Source of the DNA: Microcystis aeruginosa NIES-2549
Lineage (GTDB): Bacteria > Cyanobacteriota > Cyanobacteriia > Cyanobacteriales > Microcystaceae
Assembly (NCBI RefSeq): GCF_000981785.2
Contig: NZ_CP011304.1
Span: 3,390,001 to 3,422,000, forward strand
Direction: 5' to 3'
Length of the DNA: 32,000 nucleotides
Within the stretch, counting starts at the first letter, position 1. Each line of letters starts with the position of its first letter. Below the pieces are notes generated by a model. That model worked only from the letters and a program-made list of their open reading frames with translations. It was not told the DNA's origin and searched no databases. Positions 8,840 through 17,914 of the stretch are shown piece after piece. Made by a program: the position numbers and the translations under genes.

Positions 8840-9517
8840 ATGACTAAAGGTAATTTAAACGATCTCATCCGTAAAGAAGCTAATAAAGAGGTAGAATCCC
8901 AACCCTCTCCTTCTCCCAAACGTTCTAAGGAAACAAACGCCACCCTACAGGCAAAAATTAACGACTTGACGGCAGAGTTAGAAAAAACCGAGAAAAATGG
9001 GCAAACTCTCCAAGAAAAAGTTATTTCTCTGGAAGAAGAACTTAAAGAACATCGGGAACTCTCTGTCAGTTTACAGCAGTTACAACAACAGACTGAGCAG
9101 TTAGAATCTGTCCTCTCGGAAAAAACTACTTTGGTGGCACAATTATCGAGTCAATTAAGTCAATCCCAGACGGAATTAACCGAGAAAAAACAGTTAATTG
9201 AAAAATTATCGAGTCAATTAAGCAAGACAGAAACAGAAGTGACTGATAAAAAACAGTTAATTGAAAAATTATCGAGTCAATTAAGCAAGACAGAAACAGA
9301 AGTGACTGATAAAAAACAGTTAATTGAAAAATTATATAATCAAATTAAAACCCTAGAAAATAGTCCCACCCCCACCCCTGAACCGTCAGCAATTACCAAA
9401 CCTGTGCCTAAGAAACCCAGTCTTTATAACTTTGAAATGGCCACTTTAGCCCGTTATATTGCCCCCAATCCTACCCCCACAGAGTTAACGGATTCCGAAA
9501 TCGGTTGGTTCGATTAA
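8840..9517 (+). CDS. Coiled-coil-rich protein with 21-aa tandem repeats
   Basis: Heptad-rich Q/E/K/L sequence with KKQLIEKLSSQLSKTETEVTD repeated. The C-terminal tail is Pro/Thr-rich and ends in SEIGWFD. Confidence 0.7.
   Translation: MTKGNLNDLIRKEANKEVESQPSPSPKRSKETNATLQAKINDLTAELEKTEKNGQTLQEKVISLEEELKEHRELSVSLQQLQQQTEQLESVLSEKTTLVAQLSSQLSQSQTELTEKKQLIEKLSSQLSKTETEVTDKKQLIEKLSSQLSKTETEVTDKKQLIEKLYNQIKTLENSPTPTPEPSAITKPVPKKPSLYNFEMATLARYIAPNPTPTELTDSEIGWFD
9185..9336 (+). repeat. 63-bp perfect in-frame tandem repeat (2.4 copies)
   Basis: Units start at 9185, 9248 and 9311. The first two are identical and the third is partial. A degenerate unit lies upstream (about 9133-9184). Confidence 0.9.
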
Positions 9518-9519
9518 TT

Positions 9520-9810
9520 ATGGCTAGTAAAAATCAAGAACAACAACATCCACAGGAAAGACTCGATCGCCCGATTGTTGATCAGCTGCTGCAATCAGAA
9601 CCCAATGATTTAAACTTAGCTGAATGCGCTCGTTTACGCATACGTTATCAAAACTTTCCGGGGGCAAGAGAAATCCAAAGAGATTTAGATTTAATCCTAG
9701 AAAAATGGCAGTTAGATGAAGCTAGTTTATGGGCAAAAACTCGACAACTGCACAGTCACGGACAAGTGTATCAAATTCGCCAAAGCGAGGAGCAACAGGA
9801 TTGGAGTTAA
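9520..9810 (+). CDS. Conserved small cyanobacterial protein (DUF3288-like, from memory)
   Basis: The ATG at 9520 lies 2 nt after the upstream stop. The motif LAECARLRIRYQNFPGAREIQRDLD resembles that family. Confidence 0.6.
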   Translation: MASKNQEQQHPQERLDRPIVDQLLQSEPNDLNLAECARLRIRYQNFPGAREIQRDLDLILEKWQLDEASLWAKTRQLHSHGQVYQIRQSEEQQDWS

Positions 9811-9853
9811 ATTGCAGCAGTTATCTTAAATGGTGCGAGAGGAAAAATCAAAC

Positions 9854-10759
9854 CTATAATTTGATTTTATCTAATAATTTCTGAAACCGATTTTTTGGTT
9901 TGCTTGCTGGCGGATCTGTGGGGGGATTAGGATCATCTAGATAACGATAATATTTCCATATATCCCAGTAGGGACATCCCGGTTCAATGCGAATTCCTGC
10001 CCAATGTAAATATTTTAAGGGCTGATTTAATCTCGGATCGATTAAAATATTTCCCTGACGTTGAAAATGAGAACTTCTCCCCCAATTTCCCGCTTGACAA
10101 CCCGGGACGCGGACAAGATTAAATCGATTGGGAACTCGTTTGAGAATGGTATAATTAATAATCGGTTGATCGGAGGTTTTTTGAGAAAAATCAAAATATT
10201 CTGGATGAGCGGCACATTCTTGAAAAGCACTATATAATTCCTGTTCTGAGAATAGATTCTTTTTACTAGCCCAAAAACCACCGTTAAACATTCCAGTTAG
10301 ATCGTTTTCCGTGAAGATTCCTTGTTCTAAAACAATCGGATTAAAGACATCAGTAATCCCTTTTTTGTGTTGATAATCACAGCAGAGAAAATCGTAGGTA
10401 TCGAGGAAATTTAGATTATCTATTATTTTTTCAAAAACTACGATATCGGTATCGATATAAAGAAATTGATCTAGTTCTCCAAACCAACACACCTGCTTGC
10501 GAAATTGATTAGGACGAGCAAAGAATTTTTCTCCAAAAATATCATAGATTTTCTGTGCCAATTCTTCCACTAATTGCAGATCAGGATAGAGAATAACGCC
10601 ATATTTTTCGGACAATAAATCGGCAATTTTTTGATAATTATTGTCGTAGGGAATCAAGATGACGGGAGAATCGGGATCGTACAAACGAATACTATTCATT
10701 AATGCGATCGCCTGCTCGATAACTCGATCATTAGCGGTAATGTAAATCCCTCGCTTCAT
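9854..10759 (-). CDS. GT-A fold (GT8-like) glycosyltransferase-like protein
   Basis: 301-aa ORF with a DxD motif in FLYIDTDIVVF and an N-terminal Rossmann-like GIYITANDR. Confidence 0.55.
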   Translation of the reverse strand: MKRGIYITANDRVIEQAIALMNSIRLYDPDSPVILIPYDNNYQKIADLLSEKYGVILYPDLQLVEELAQKIYDIFGEKFFARPNQFRKQVCWFGELDQFLYIDTDIVVFEKIIDNLNFLDTYDFLCCDYQHKKGITDVFNPIVLEQGIFTENDLTGMFNGGFWASKKNLFSEQELYSAFQECAAHPEYFDFSQKTSDQPIINYTILKRVPNRFNLVRVPGCQAGNWGRSSHFQRQGNILIDPRLNQPLKYLHWAGIRIEPGCPYWDIWKYYRYLDDPNPPTDPPASKPKNRFQKLLDKIKL

Positions 10760-10874
10760 AAATATCCTCGGGGTAAGAGTTAGAAATAATTATATAGCAG
10801 TTATCTTAATGGTGAAGTAGAAAGTTTTCTTTTTGGGGAGTCAGCCATCAGCTTTTTTCTCCCGATATCCCTGT

Positions 10875-10914
10875 TCACTGATAACTGATCACTGATAACT
10901 GAATAGCTGATCAG
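10875..10914. repeat. Heptamer tract TCACTGA/TAACTGA
   Basis: tcactga taactga tcactga taactga atagctga tcag read directly. Confidence 0.75.
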
Positions 10915-10946
10915 TCTTTCTCTGTCAACTCTTAAAGTTGATGCCT

Positions 10947-11942
10947 TTACTTAAACAGTTTTTTCTTAAGTTTAGCCAGAGAACTCTGCATCCATAATTT
11001 TTTAAGTCGCAGGGGTTCTAAACCTTCTATATCAGCCAGATATCGTTTTTTAATATCAAAGAAATCATTAATTTCTCTTAAAATTGTTTCAAAACGTGGT
11101 ATTAATTTTTCGGGATGATAATCATCGAGAAAATTAGCCGGTAAAGAATTAACGGGAAAATTACGGGCATAATTAAGAATACGTTCCAGATCGTATTGAG
11201 TGGAATAAGCCCCGATTTTTTGACAATTGAAACCGGGATCGAGATAATCGGCTAGAGCGCTATTGACGCTAGAAAATACCGTACAACCACAGGCTAAAGC
11301 TTCCAGGGGCGGTAAGCCAAAACCCTCCGTTAAACCGTTTACAGCCCAATATTCAGCCGAATCGTAGAGATAAACCCGACTGCGATTGAATAATCCCACT
11401 AAATCCTCTACATAGCTATCTAAAACCTTAACGCGACAGTGGGGACGGAGGGCGGGAACTAGACGATTGAGAAGATACTTTGAGGATTTGCGCCCCTGTA
11501 CTAGGACATCGATATCCCTTTCTAAGCCTAAATTGAGAAATTCTGAGCCAATTTGATTAGGAAGATGGTAAATCAAAGCATTAGGGGCTTTTTCTCCCCA
11601 ATACCCCATAGTATTACGGCTAACAGTGATAATTGGTATTTCAGATGGTAAACGGAAGCCGTAACCTGTACTATGGGCATGATAAATGATATTATGCGAT
11701 CGCAATCTTTGCACCAGTTTAGGAACATCAAAACCCCAGCTAACCACAAAAATACTGTCATCTGAGTTTATTTTCGCGAGTATATCCTCTAAAAAAGGAT
11801 AATTTAACTCTTTTTGACGATAAGTCACAATCTGGGCGCTACAAATTTGACTAGCCAAATTGACAGTTTTCATTTCTGCCCACAGTCCACCCCCACCAAA
11901 AGGAGAAGTAGTACCGGGCAAGAGAAAATAGAGGTTTCTCAT
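10947..11942 (-). CDS. GT-B fold glycosyltransferase (GT4/group 1-like)
   Basis: The C-terminal motif TEGFGLPPLEALACGCTVF is E-x7-E type. Confidence 0.7.
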   Translation of the reverse strand: MRNLYFLLPGTTSPFGGGGLWAEMKTVNLASQICSAQIVTYRQKELNYPFLEDILAKINSDDSIFVVSWGFDVPKLVQRLRSHNIIYHAHSTGYGFRLPSEIPIITVSRNTMGYWGEKAPNALIYHLPNQIGSEFLNLGLERDIDVLVQGRKSSKYLLNRLVPALRPHCRVKVLDSYVEDLVGLFNRSRVYLYDSAEYWAVNGLTEGFGLPPLEALACGCTVFSSVNSALADYLDPGFNCQKIGAYSTQYDLERILNYARNFPVNSLPANFLDDYHPEKLIPRFETILREINDFFDIKKRYLADIEGLEPLRLKKLWMQSSLAKLKKKLFK

Positions 11943-12095
11943 CAGGATAATAGAAGTTTTGGTTAAGCGGTAGTCTGGAGACTTGGCTATTCTATACTTA
12001 ATTATTAGGGTGTGAGGTATCTAAAGGCAATAGTCGATCAACCATAGATATTATTAAGTACCTAAGCAAAATTAATTACACATATCTAACCCCCC

Positions 12096-12123
12096 CTTGC
12101 CTCTTGCCTTTTGCCTTTTGCCT
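12096..12123. repeat. Heptamer tract CTTGCCT/TTTGCCT x4
   Basis: cttgcct cttgcct tttgcct tttgcct, 40 nt upstream of the HigA-like ATG. Confidence 0.8.
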
Positions 12124-12163
12124 TTCTTCACTAGGAAATTTATTTTGCACGACTACTTAAATT

Positions 12164-12559
12164 ATGTTTGCCACTGATAAATACTTAGAATTATTAAAGC
12201 AATATCCTCCTCGTCCTATTGACAATGAGGAAGACTTAGAAATGATGCAGGAGGTTATTAATCGCCTTTTAGACAAACCCCAATTAACGGTAGAAGAAAG
12301 GGAATATCTAAATGTTTTAGGGTCTTTAATTTATGATTATGAGGAAAATCAAGAGCCAATACCTGATATTTATGGACTTGAATTGTTGAAATTTATATTA
12401 GAGGAAAAAAACCTACAAAAGCAAGATTTGCTATCTATTTTTGAAAGCAAGTCAACCTTGGATAACATTCTTGATGGCCAACAAGAGTTAACTCCTGTCT
12501 ACATTCAAAAATTAGCCAATTTTTTAAATATATCTCCTGATTTATTTCTTCCTAGTTAG
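12164..12559 (+). CDS. HigA/XRE-type HTH protein (COG5499-like antitoxin architecture), no cognate toxin visible
   Basis: C-terminal HTH region LKFILEEKNLQKQDLLSIFESKSTLDNILDGQQELTPVYIQKLANFLNISPDLF, with an N-terminal extension carrying YPPRPIDNEEDLE. Confidence 0.6.
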   Translation: MFATDKYLELLKQYPPRPIDNEEDLEMMQEVINRLLDKPQLTVEEREYLNVLGSLIYDYEENQEPIPDIYGLELLKFILEEKNLQKQDLLSIFESKSTLDNILDGQQELTPVYIQKLANFLNISPDLFLPS

Positions 12560-12563
12560 TCAC

Positions 12564-12606
12564 AAAAAATGCGCTAGACAGTTAAGCTTATTTCCTGTCT
12601 TAACGC
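12564..12606 (-). terminator. Intrinsic terminator between convergent genes (U-tract on the shc strand)
   Basis: gcgctagacag (12571-12581) pairs imperfectly with ctgtcttaacgc (12595-12606). The A6 run at 12564-12569 gives U6 after the stem on the minus strand. Confidence 0.55.
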
Positions 12607-12619
12607 ATAGGTTAACGGA

Positions 12620-14527
12620 CTAAATCAAAGCCCGATAACGCCCCAAAGCCAGTAAAGGAAAATACTGCTGATAGAAATGATATTTCAGGTAAAAATGACA
12701 GGGAAAACCTGTACCGGTGAAGTAATCTTCATCCCATGTACCATTTTCTTTTTGGGTAACAAGAAGATAGTTAACGCCCTTTTCAATCACTTCTCGCTGA
12801 TAATTGCCGGTGACTTTCCCGACGGCTAATAAACCGATTAATGCCCAAGCAGTTTGGGAAGCGGTACTATTTCCCTGTCCTTTAAATTTAGGGTTATTGT
12901 AACTAAAACAGGTTTCACCCCAACCACCATCAACATTTTGACAACTGCTTAACCAATTGGCTCCTTTTTGCAATTGCTGGCGATATTTATTCGGTTCCAG
13001 AAAAGCCAAAGCAGATAATGCCCCACTGGTTCCATAAATATAATTTACACCCCAACGACCAAACCAACTACCATCAGCCTCCTGTTCTTTTTCCAGATAA
13101 TCCAACGCTTTTTTAACTCGATTTTCCTCCATTTTAACATCACAAGTACCTAACATTTCTAGAACTCTGGCAGTAACATCAGCCGTATTAGGATCGATCA
13201 TTGCTTTTAGATCGGAATATGGCAAAGAATTAAGCCAGTTTTGATCGTTATCGATGTCAAAAGCTCCCCAACCACCAGCTTTACACTGCATAGTAGCCAT
13301 CCAATTAACTGCCCGTTTCATCACACCTTTTTTAATATTTTCATCGGGCATTTTAATTAACTCTAAAGCCATCACCACCACTGCCGAATCGTCTAAATCG
13401 GGGTACCAGCGATTGTCAAATTCAAAAGCCCAACCGCCGGGGGTTCCGATTTTATTTTTAATCGCCCAATCGCCATAATCAAGAATTTGTTGATCGATTA
13501 ACCATTGTCCCGCTTTAATTATAGCTGGATGAGCAGGATTTAGCCCGGATTCAATTAGCGATCGAATTACCCAAGCCGTATCCCAAACTGGCGACACACA
13601 GGGCTGTACACAATAGGTATTGTCTGTCTGAATGGCAAAATTATCCACGGCTTTTAAACCCCGGGCAACAATCGGATCGTAAACATCATAACCTAGGGCT
13701 TTTAAAGCTAACAGAGAATTTAACATCGCTGGGATAATTCCCCCCCAATCGCCCGTGTCTTCCTGTCGTTCAATTACCCATTTTTCCGCCGCTTTCAGAC
13801 TTTCTTGACGGAAGGGAACTAAATTAGTTTTTTCTGCCCATTTAAACAGCCCATCTAACCAGAGGAAAACATCTGACCAATCGTTATTTTTTGGTAACTC
13901 ATACTTGACATTATTCACCCCTTCTGTATAGAGTTCATCGAGATTAAAACCCATTTTATACACGGGTTTTTTGTCAAAAACAATTAATAAAGGAACCGTA
14001 CTTCCCCGCGCCCAACTGGACATTTCATAGATAGTAAAAGGGAAATTTTCCGGCAGTAGCATGATCCAAGCGGGGATAGAGGGAACCCCCTGCCAATCGT
14101 AACAACCAATCAAAGCGAGGTGCATTTTGGTGAAAATGCGGGTTTTACTGATGCCACCTTTAGCTAAGATAAATTCTCTAGCTTTTTCTAAAGCAGGATC
14201 ATTAAGGGGAATTCCCAATAGTCGCAGCCCCATGTAGGCTTCCACAGTGGTGCTAAGATCGCCACCATCCCCATAAAATAACTCCCAAGCGCCGTTAGGA
14301 CACTGTTGCTGACGCAGATAGGTGGCTGCTTTGTCTAGGGGGCGATTTTTGTCAGTTTTCCAGATTTTGTGCAGTAAAATTGCTTCTGAGGTGATGGTGA
14401 CATTAGATTCTAATTCTGCCCACCAGTAACCCTCAGAGTATTGGGTAGAAAGTAAATAATTTTGAGAAAGTTCGATCGCTTTCGCTGTTTTAGCGGCTAT
14501 TTCGGTGATTTTTTCCTGAATCTGCAT
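12620..14527 (-). CDS. shc: Squalene-hopene cyclase
   Basis: DxDD motif (YPDLDDSAVV) and multiple QW-type repeats (GGWGE, DGSWFGRWG). I prefer the ATG at 14527 (MQIQEKI) over the GTG at 14557. Confidence 0.92.
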   Translation of the reverse strand: MQIQEKITEIAAKTAKAIELSQNYLLSTQYSEGYWWAELESNVTITSEAILLHKIWKTDKNRPLDKAATYLRQQQCPNGAWELFYGDGGDLSTTVEAYMGLRLLGIPLNDPALEKAREFILAKGGISKTRIFTKMHLALIGCYDWQGVPSIPAWIMLLPENFPFTIYEMSSWARGSTVPLLIVFDKKPVYKMGFNLDELYTEGVNNVKYELPKNNDWSDVFLWLDGLFKWAEKTNLVPFRQESLKAAEKWVIERQEDTGDWGGIIPAMLNSLLALKALGYDVYDPIVARGLKAVDNFAIQTDNTYCVQPCVSPVWDTAWVIRSLIESGLNPAHPAIIKAGQWLIDQQILDYGDWAIKNKIGTPGGWAFEFDNRWYPDLDDSAVVVMALELIKMPDENIKKGVMKRAVNWMATMQCKAGGWGAFDIDNDQNWLNSLPYSDLKAMIDPNTADVTARVLEMLGTCDVKMEENRVKKALDYLEKEQEADGSWFGRWGVNYIYGTSGALSALAFLEPNKYRQQLQKGANWLSSCQNVDGGWGETCFSYNNPKFKGQGNSTASQTAWALIGLLAVGKVTGNYQREVIEKGVNYLLVTQKENGTWDEDYFTGTGFPCHFYLKYHFYQQYFPLLALGRYRALI

Positions 14528-14676
14528 TTTTTCCGTTCGACAACCTCTAGGGACCACCAGTGCAAATAAGATAATCTTATTTACAAAGTTTTTAATAAGT
14601 AGGTAAAAGATAGGCTTTTGTTCCCAAAGAATCCAGTAAAGGAATCTGCTTTAGTTGCCACTTTCTTTTTTCTTTT

Positions 14677-14699
14677 GACTGATTACTGATAACTGATCA
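14677..14699. repeat. Heptamer tract GACTGAT TACTGAT AACTGAT
   Basis: Read directly in the shc leader. Confidence 0.75.
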
Positions 14700-14721
14700 A
14701 GTACCCCCACTCCCCTGAAGA

Positions 14722-14747
14722 CAAAAAGGGTACGAAACTCGCACCCC
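14722..14747 (-). terminator. Intrinsic terminator of tsf
   Basis: The minus strand reads GGGTGC-GAGTTTC-GTACCC followed by TTTTT, about 20 nt after the tsf stop. Confidence 0.65.
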
Positions 14748-14769
14748 ACCAGATTGATCTTCATTTAAC

Positions 14770-15525
14770 TTACTTTTTCTTTTTGCCTTTAGCGGGCGGA
14801 TTATCCTTCGCTGCCGGTTCCGGGGCTTTTTCCTCCACTTGCGGGGCTGCTGCTACCGGTTCCGGGGCTTTTTGTCCCATTTGGGCGGCTACTTCGGCGG
14901 CGAAATCCGTTTCTTCTTTTTCGATCCCTTCACCTAGTACAAAGCGTTGGAAACGACGCACCTGAATATTTTCTCCTAAAGCGGCGATCGCTTGTTTAAT
15001 CAACTCCTCAATACTGATGTTCTGATCGCGGATAAAGGGTTGATCGAGCAGAGAAAGTTCTTTCAAACGTTTTTCAATGCGACCGGCGACGATTTTTTCT
15101 TTGATATTATCGGGTTTATTGGCTAAATCGTCCCGTCCCATCTCAATTTCTTTTTCTTTGGCGGAGATTTCGGCGGGAATATCGGCCACTTTTACATATT
15201 CGACGTTAGGACAAGCGGCAATCTGCATCGCCACGTCATTAACCAATTTTTTGAACTCCTCGCGACGGGCCACAAAATCGGTTTCACAGTTCACTTCCAC
15301 TAACACACCGATGCGACTGCCGGTGTGGATGTAACTGCCGATTATCCCTTCTGCCGCTACCCGACTAGCTTTTTTCTCGGCGGAAGTAATCCCTTTTTGA
15401 CGCAACCATTCGATCGCTTTAGTTATATCCCCCGCGTTTTCCGTCAGCGCCCTCTTACAATCCATCATGCCGGCGCCGGTCTTTTCCCTAAGTTCTTTAA
15501 CCTGTTGTGCTGTAATTTCCGCCAT
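14770..15525 (-). CDS. tsf: Translation elongation factor Ts
   Basis: N-terminal [24 protein letters not shown], then [10 protein letters not shown]. It has a Pro/Ala/Lys-rich C-terminal tail. Confidence 0.93.
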   Translation of the reverse strand: MAEITAQQVKELREKTGAGMMDCKRALTENAGDITKAIEWLRQKGITSAEKKASRVAAEGIIGSYIHTGSRIGVLVEVNCETDFVARREEFKKLVNDVAMQIAACPNVEYVKVADIPAEISAKEKEIEMGRDDLANKPDNIKEKIVAGRIEKRLKELSLLDQPFIRDQNISIEELIKQAIAALGENIQVRRFQRFVLGEGIEKEETDFAAEVAAQMGQKAPEPVAAAPQVEEKAPEPAAKDNPPAKGKKKK

Positions 15526-15579
15526 AATATTCTTAACCTACTGCTTATAATTGATCATGCCACGAGAGGGGCAGGTTTT

Positions 15580-15622
15580 GCCGCTCGCTAGGTCCGGAAA
15601 GTTTCCCCCCGAACCTAGCGGC
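15580..15622 (-). other. Imperfect stem-loop in the rpsB-tsf spacer
   Basis: gccgctcgctaggtccgg (15580-15597) pairs with ccgaacctagcggc (15609-15622), with one mismatch and a 4-nt bulge. Confidence 0.35.
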
Positions 15623-15641
15623 GATCAATAGCTAATTTTCC

Positions 15642-16439
15642 CTAGTTATCGTCATCTCCACTGGCAAATTCGGCGGCGTATTGGGAATAATCACTTTCTT
15701 GCTCGTACTCGGTTTCATCCTCGTAGTCTTCCTCGTATTCTTCCACCGCTGCCTGGCCACCGCGACGACCTTCGATGATCGCATCGCTAATTTTGCCTAA
15801 AATCAGTTTGACTGAGCGAATTGCGTCATCGTTGGCGGGAATCGGCACATCTACTAGGTCAGGATCGCAGTTAGTATCCAAGAGGGAGATGATGGGAATG
15901 CCCAATTTTTGACATTCTTGGATAGCGTTGTATTCCCGACGCTGATCGACTACGACGACTAAATCCGGCAGCCGGCGCATGGTTTTAATGCCACCGAGGT
16001 ATTTTTCCAGTTTGCCCAATTCCCGACGCAGTACCGATGCTTCTTTTTTCGGTCGTTTATCGAGGGCGCCGCTATTTTCTAATTCTTCTAATTCTTTGAG
16101 TCTTTCTACCCGGCCGCGAATGGTTTCCCAGTTGGTTAACATTCCCCCTAACCAGCGTTGGTTAACGAAGTGGCTACCGCTGCGTAAAGCTTCCTGTTTA
16201 ATGATTCCTGCCGCTTGCCGTTTCGTACCGATGAATAAAAAGCGTTTACCGCGATCGGCTTCTCCTCGGACAAATTCGTAAGCTTCTTCGATTAATTGGG
16301 CGGTTTGCACCAAATCAATGATATGAACCCCATTTCGGGCAGTGTAGATGTACTGAGACATTTTCGGGTTCCAACGGCGCGTTTGATGGCCGAAGTGAAC
16401 CCCAGACTCTAGCAATTCTGCGAGAGAGACAACGGGCAT
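15642..16439 (-). CDS. rpsB: 30S ribosomal protein S2
   Basis: Motif [14 protein letters not shown] prefer the ATG at 16439 ([10 protein letters not shown]) because AAGGAG lies about 8 nt upstream. The C-terminal tail is acidic. Confidence 0.93.
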   Translation of the reverse strand: MPVVSLAELLESGVHFGHQTRRWNPKMSQYIYTARNGVHIIDLVQTAQLIEEAYEFVRGEADRGKRFLFIGTKRQAAGIIKQEALRSGSHFVNQRWLGGMLTNWETIRGRVERLKELEELENSGALDKRPKKEASVLRRELGKLEKYLGGIKTMRRLPDLVVVVDQRREYNAIQECQKLGIPIISLLDTNCDPDLVDVPIPANDDAIRSVKLILGKISDAIIEGRRGGQAAVEEYEEDYEDETEYEQESDYSQYAAEFASGDDDN

Positions 16440-16595
16440 ATTTTTCTCCTTTTCGGGTTTATCCTCCATCTAGGGCTGGATTTCTAGATTCCTAGAAACA
16501 CCCGATCGCCTAGATGTGCGATTTTTGACAACTTTTCTAGTCTAACACGAAAGGGCGCGATTGCCTACCCGTAAATATTGGGTACTGAGGGCTTG

Positions 16596-17063
16596 CTACT
16601 GCAATTCCTCAAGTTTTTTCAAAACGGCTTCTGCATGGGCTTTTACCTTGACATTTGACCAAATATAGGCAATATTTCCCTGGGGGTCGATCAGAAAAGT
16701 GGATCGTTTAATCCCCATATATTCCTTACCCATAAATTTTTTTAATCCCCAGACTTGATAAATTTCCGCCAGTTGATGTTCGGTATCGCTCAATAATTGA
16801 ATAGTTAAATTGTGTTTTTCAATAAAACGACAGTGGGACTTCTCTGAATCGGGACTAACTCCCAGAATTACCGCATTTAATTGCTGAAATTGCGGTGACA
16901 AAGCGGTAAAATCGATCGCTTCTGTGCTGCAGCCCGGAGTGTTATCTTTGGGATAAAAATATAAGACCAACCATTGACCGGCAAAATCTGCTAATTTGCT
17001 AATTTCCCCCCTTTGGTTGGGGGTGGCAAATTCGGGGGCTTTTTGTCCAACTTCTAGGGTCAT
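16596..17063 (-). CDS. bcp: Peroxiredoxin, BCP/PrxQ type
   Basis: Active-site motif FYPKDNTPGCSTEA in a thioredoxin-fold-sized protein (155 aa). Confidence 0.88.
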   Translation of the reverse strand: MTLEVGQKAPEFATPNQRGEISKLADFAGQWLVLYFYPKDNTPGCSTEAIDFTALSPQFQQLNAVILGVSPDSEKSHCRFIEKHNLTIQLLSDTEHQLAEIYQVWGLKKFMGKEYMGIKRSTFLIDPQGNIAYIWSNVKVKAHAEAVLKKLEELQ

Positions 17064-17065
17064 TT

Positions 17066-17914
17066 TTAGGAGTGCAAAGGCAAGAGTAAGAAAGGAGCGA
17101 GGGAGAGGGAAAGCAAGAGCCAGACTTGATAGTTAAATCTGGGCAGTTCGGGTTTTTCTGACTCGACTAACGCTTCAATTCTCTCTAATAAACGATTATT
17201 TAAGGAATGATCATTGAGAGCGACACAGCAACTATCGGAGAAACTTATTTCCGCCACTTGATTAACTTTTTCTGCCACTAAAAGTAGGGATTCAGCTAAT
17301 AGTAAATAATCCACTTTTCTGGAAGCGTACTTATCGGCGCGTAATTCCCGCAAGAAGACCAATTCTGACCATAAATTCTCACTATTGGGCAGCCAAGAAG
17401 ACATTGATCGCAGCCAACCTAACCAGAAAAACCAGAAAGTGTCATGATATTCTTGATGAGCTTGTTCGTGGGCTAAAACTGCCTGTAAATGTTCTTTATC
17501 TAAGAGATTTAATAATCCTTGGGTTACAATTAATTCCGACTTCCAGAAGCCAACTCTGGCACTGTAGGGAAAATCCACCGCTAAAACTCTCGCCTTCTGA
17601 GCGGTGATTTTTTTGAGGGGATAACTGCTAAAATCCCGATGGGTTTGCCAAGTTTGATAGGAGAGTTTTATCAAACAAAATAGAGCAAAAACTAGCCAAA
17701 TTATAGCACTAAAGTAACTAATTAAACTGGAGTTATAGCCCAACATTTGCCCCCGATAGCCCATACAAACCACCGATATAACTGTCATTAACAGGAGCAA
17801 AGGCGGAAAGAGAAAGAAAAATAGCGTTATCTGCCAACGACGCTGATAGCTAGGCAGAAACCAACGTAAACCAATGGCGATAGTTAATGCTAGTAATAAC
17901 ATTGAACCGTGCAT
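17066..17914 (-). CDS. BlaR1-type M56 membrane metalloprotease, sensor domain absent
   Basis: Several N-terminal TM helices and an HExxH motif (LAHEQAHQEY). At 282 aa there is no C-terminal penicillin-binding-type domain. Confidence 0.7.
   Translation of the reverse strand: MHGSMLLLALTIAIGLRWFLPSYQRRWQITLFFFLFPPLLLLMTVISVVCMGYRGQMLGYNSSLISYFSAIIWLVFALFCLIKLSYQTWQTHRDFSSYPLKKITAQKARVLAVDFPYSARVGFWKSELIVTQGLLNLLDKEHLQAVLAHEQAHQEYHDTFWFFWLGWLRSMSSWLPNSENLWSELVFLRELRADKYASRKVDYLLLAESLLLVAEKVNQVAEISFSDSCCVALNDHSLNNRLLERIEALVESEKPELPRFNYQVWLLLSLSLAPFLLLPLHS

Noticed and set aside
10042-10281. 79-aa minus-strand ORF inside the GT8-like gene
   Set aside because: It is an alternative frame of a well-supported longer ORF on the same strand, with no independent support.
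11573-11761. 62-aa minus-strand ORF inside the GT4 gene
   Set aside because: It is an out-of-frame overlap with a longer motif-bearing ORF.
13254-13478. 74-aa plus-strand ORF
   Set aside because: It is antisense within shc.
14783-15591. Three plus-strand ORFs (14783-14965, 15077-15334, 15325-15591)
   Set aside because: All are antisense to tsf, with Ser/Ala/Gly-rich shadow-frame composition.
15979-16281. 100-aa plus-strand ORF
   Set aside because: It is antisense within rpsB.
17404-17607. 67-aa plus-strand ORF
   Set aside because: It is antisense within the blaR1-like gene.
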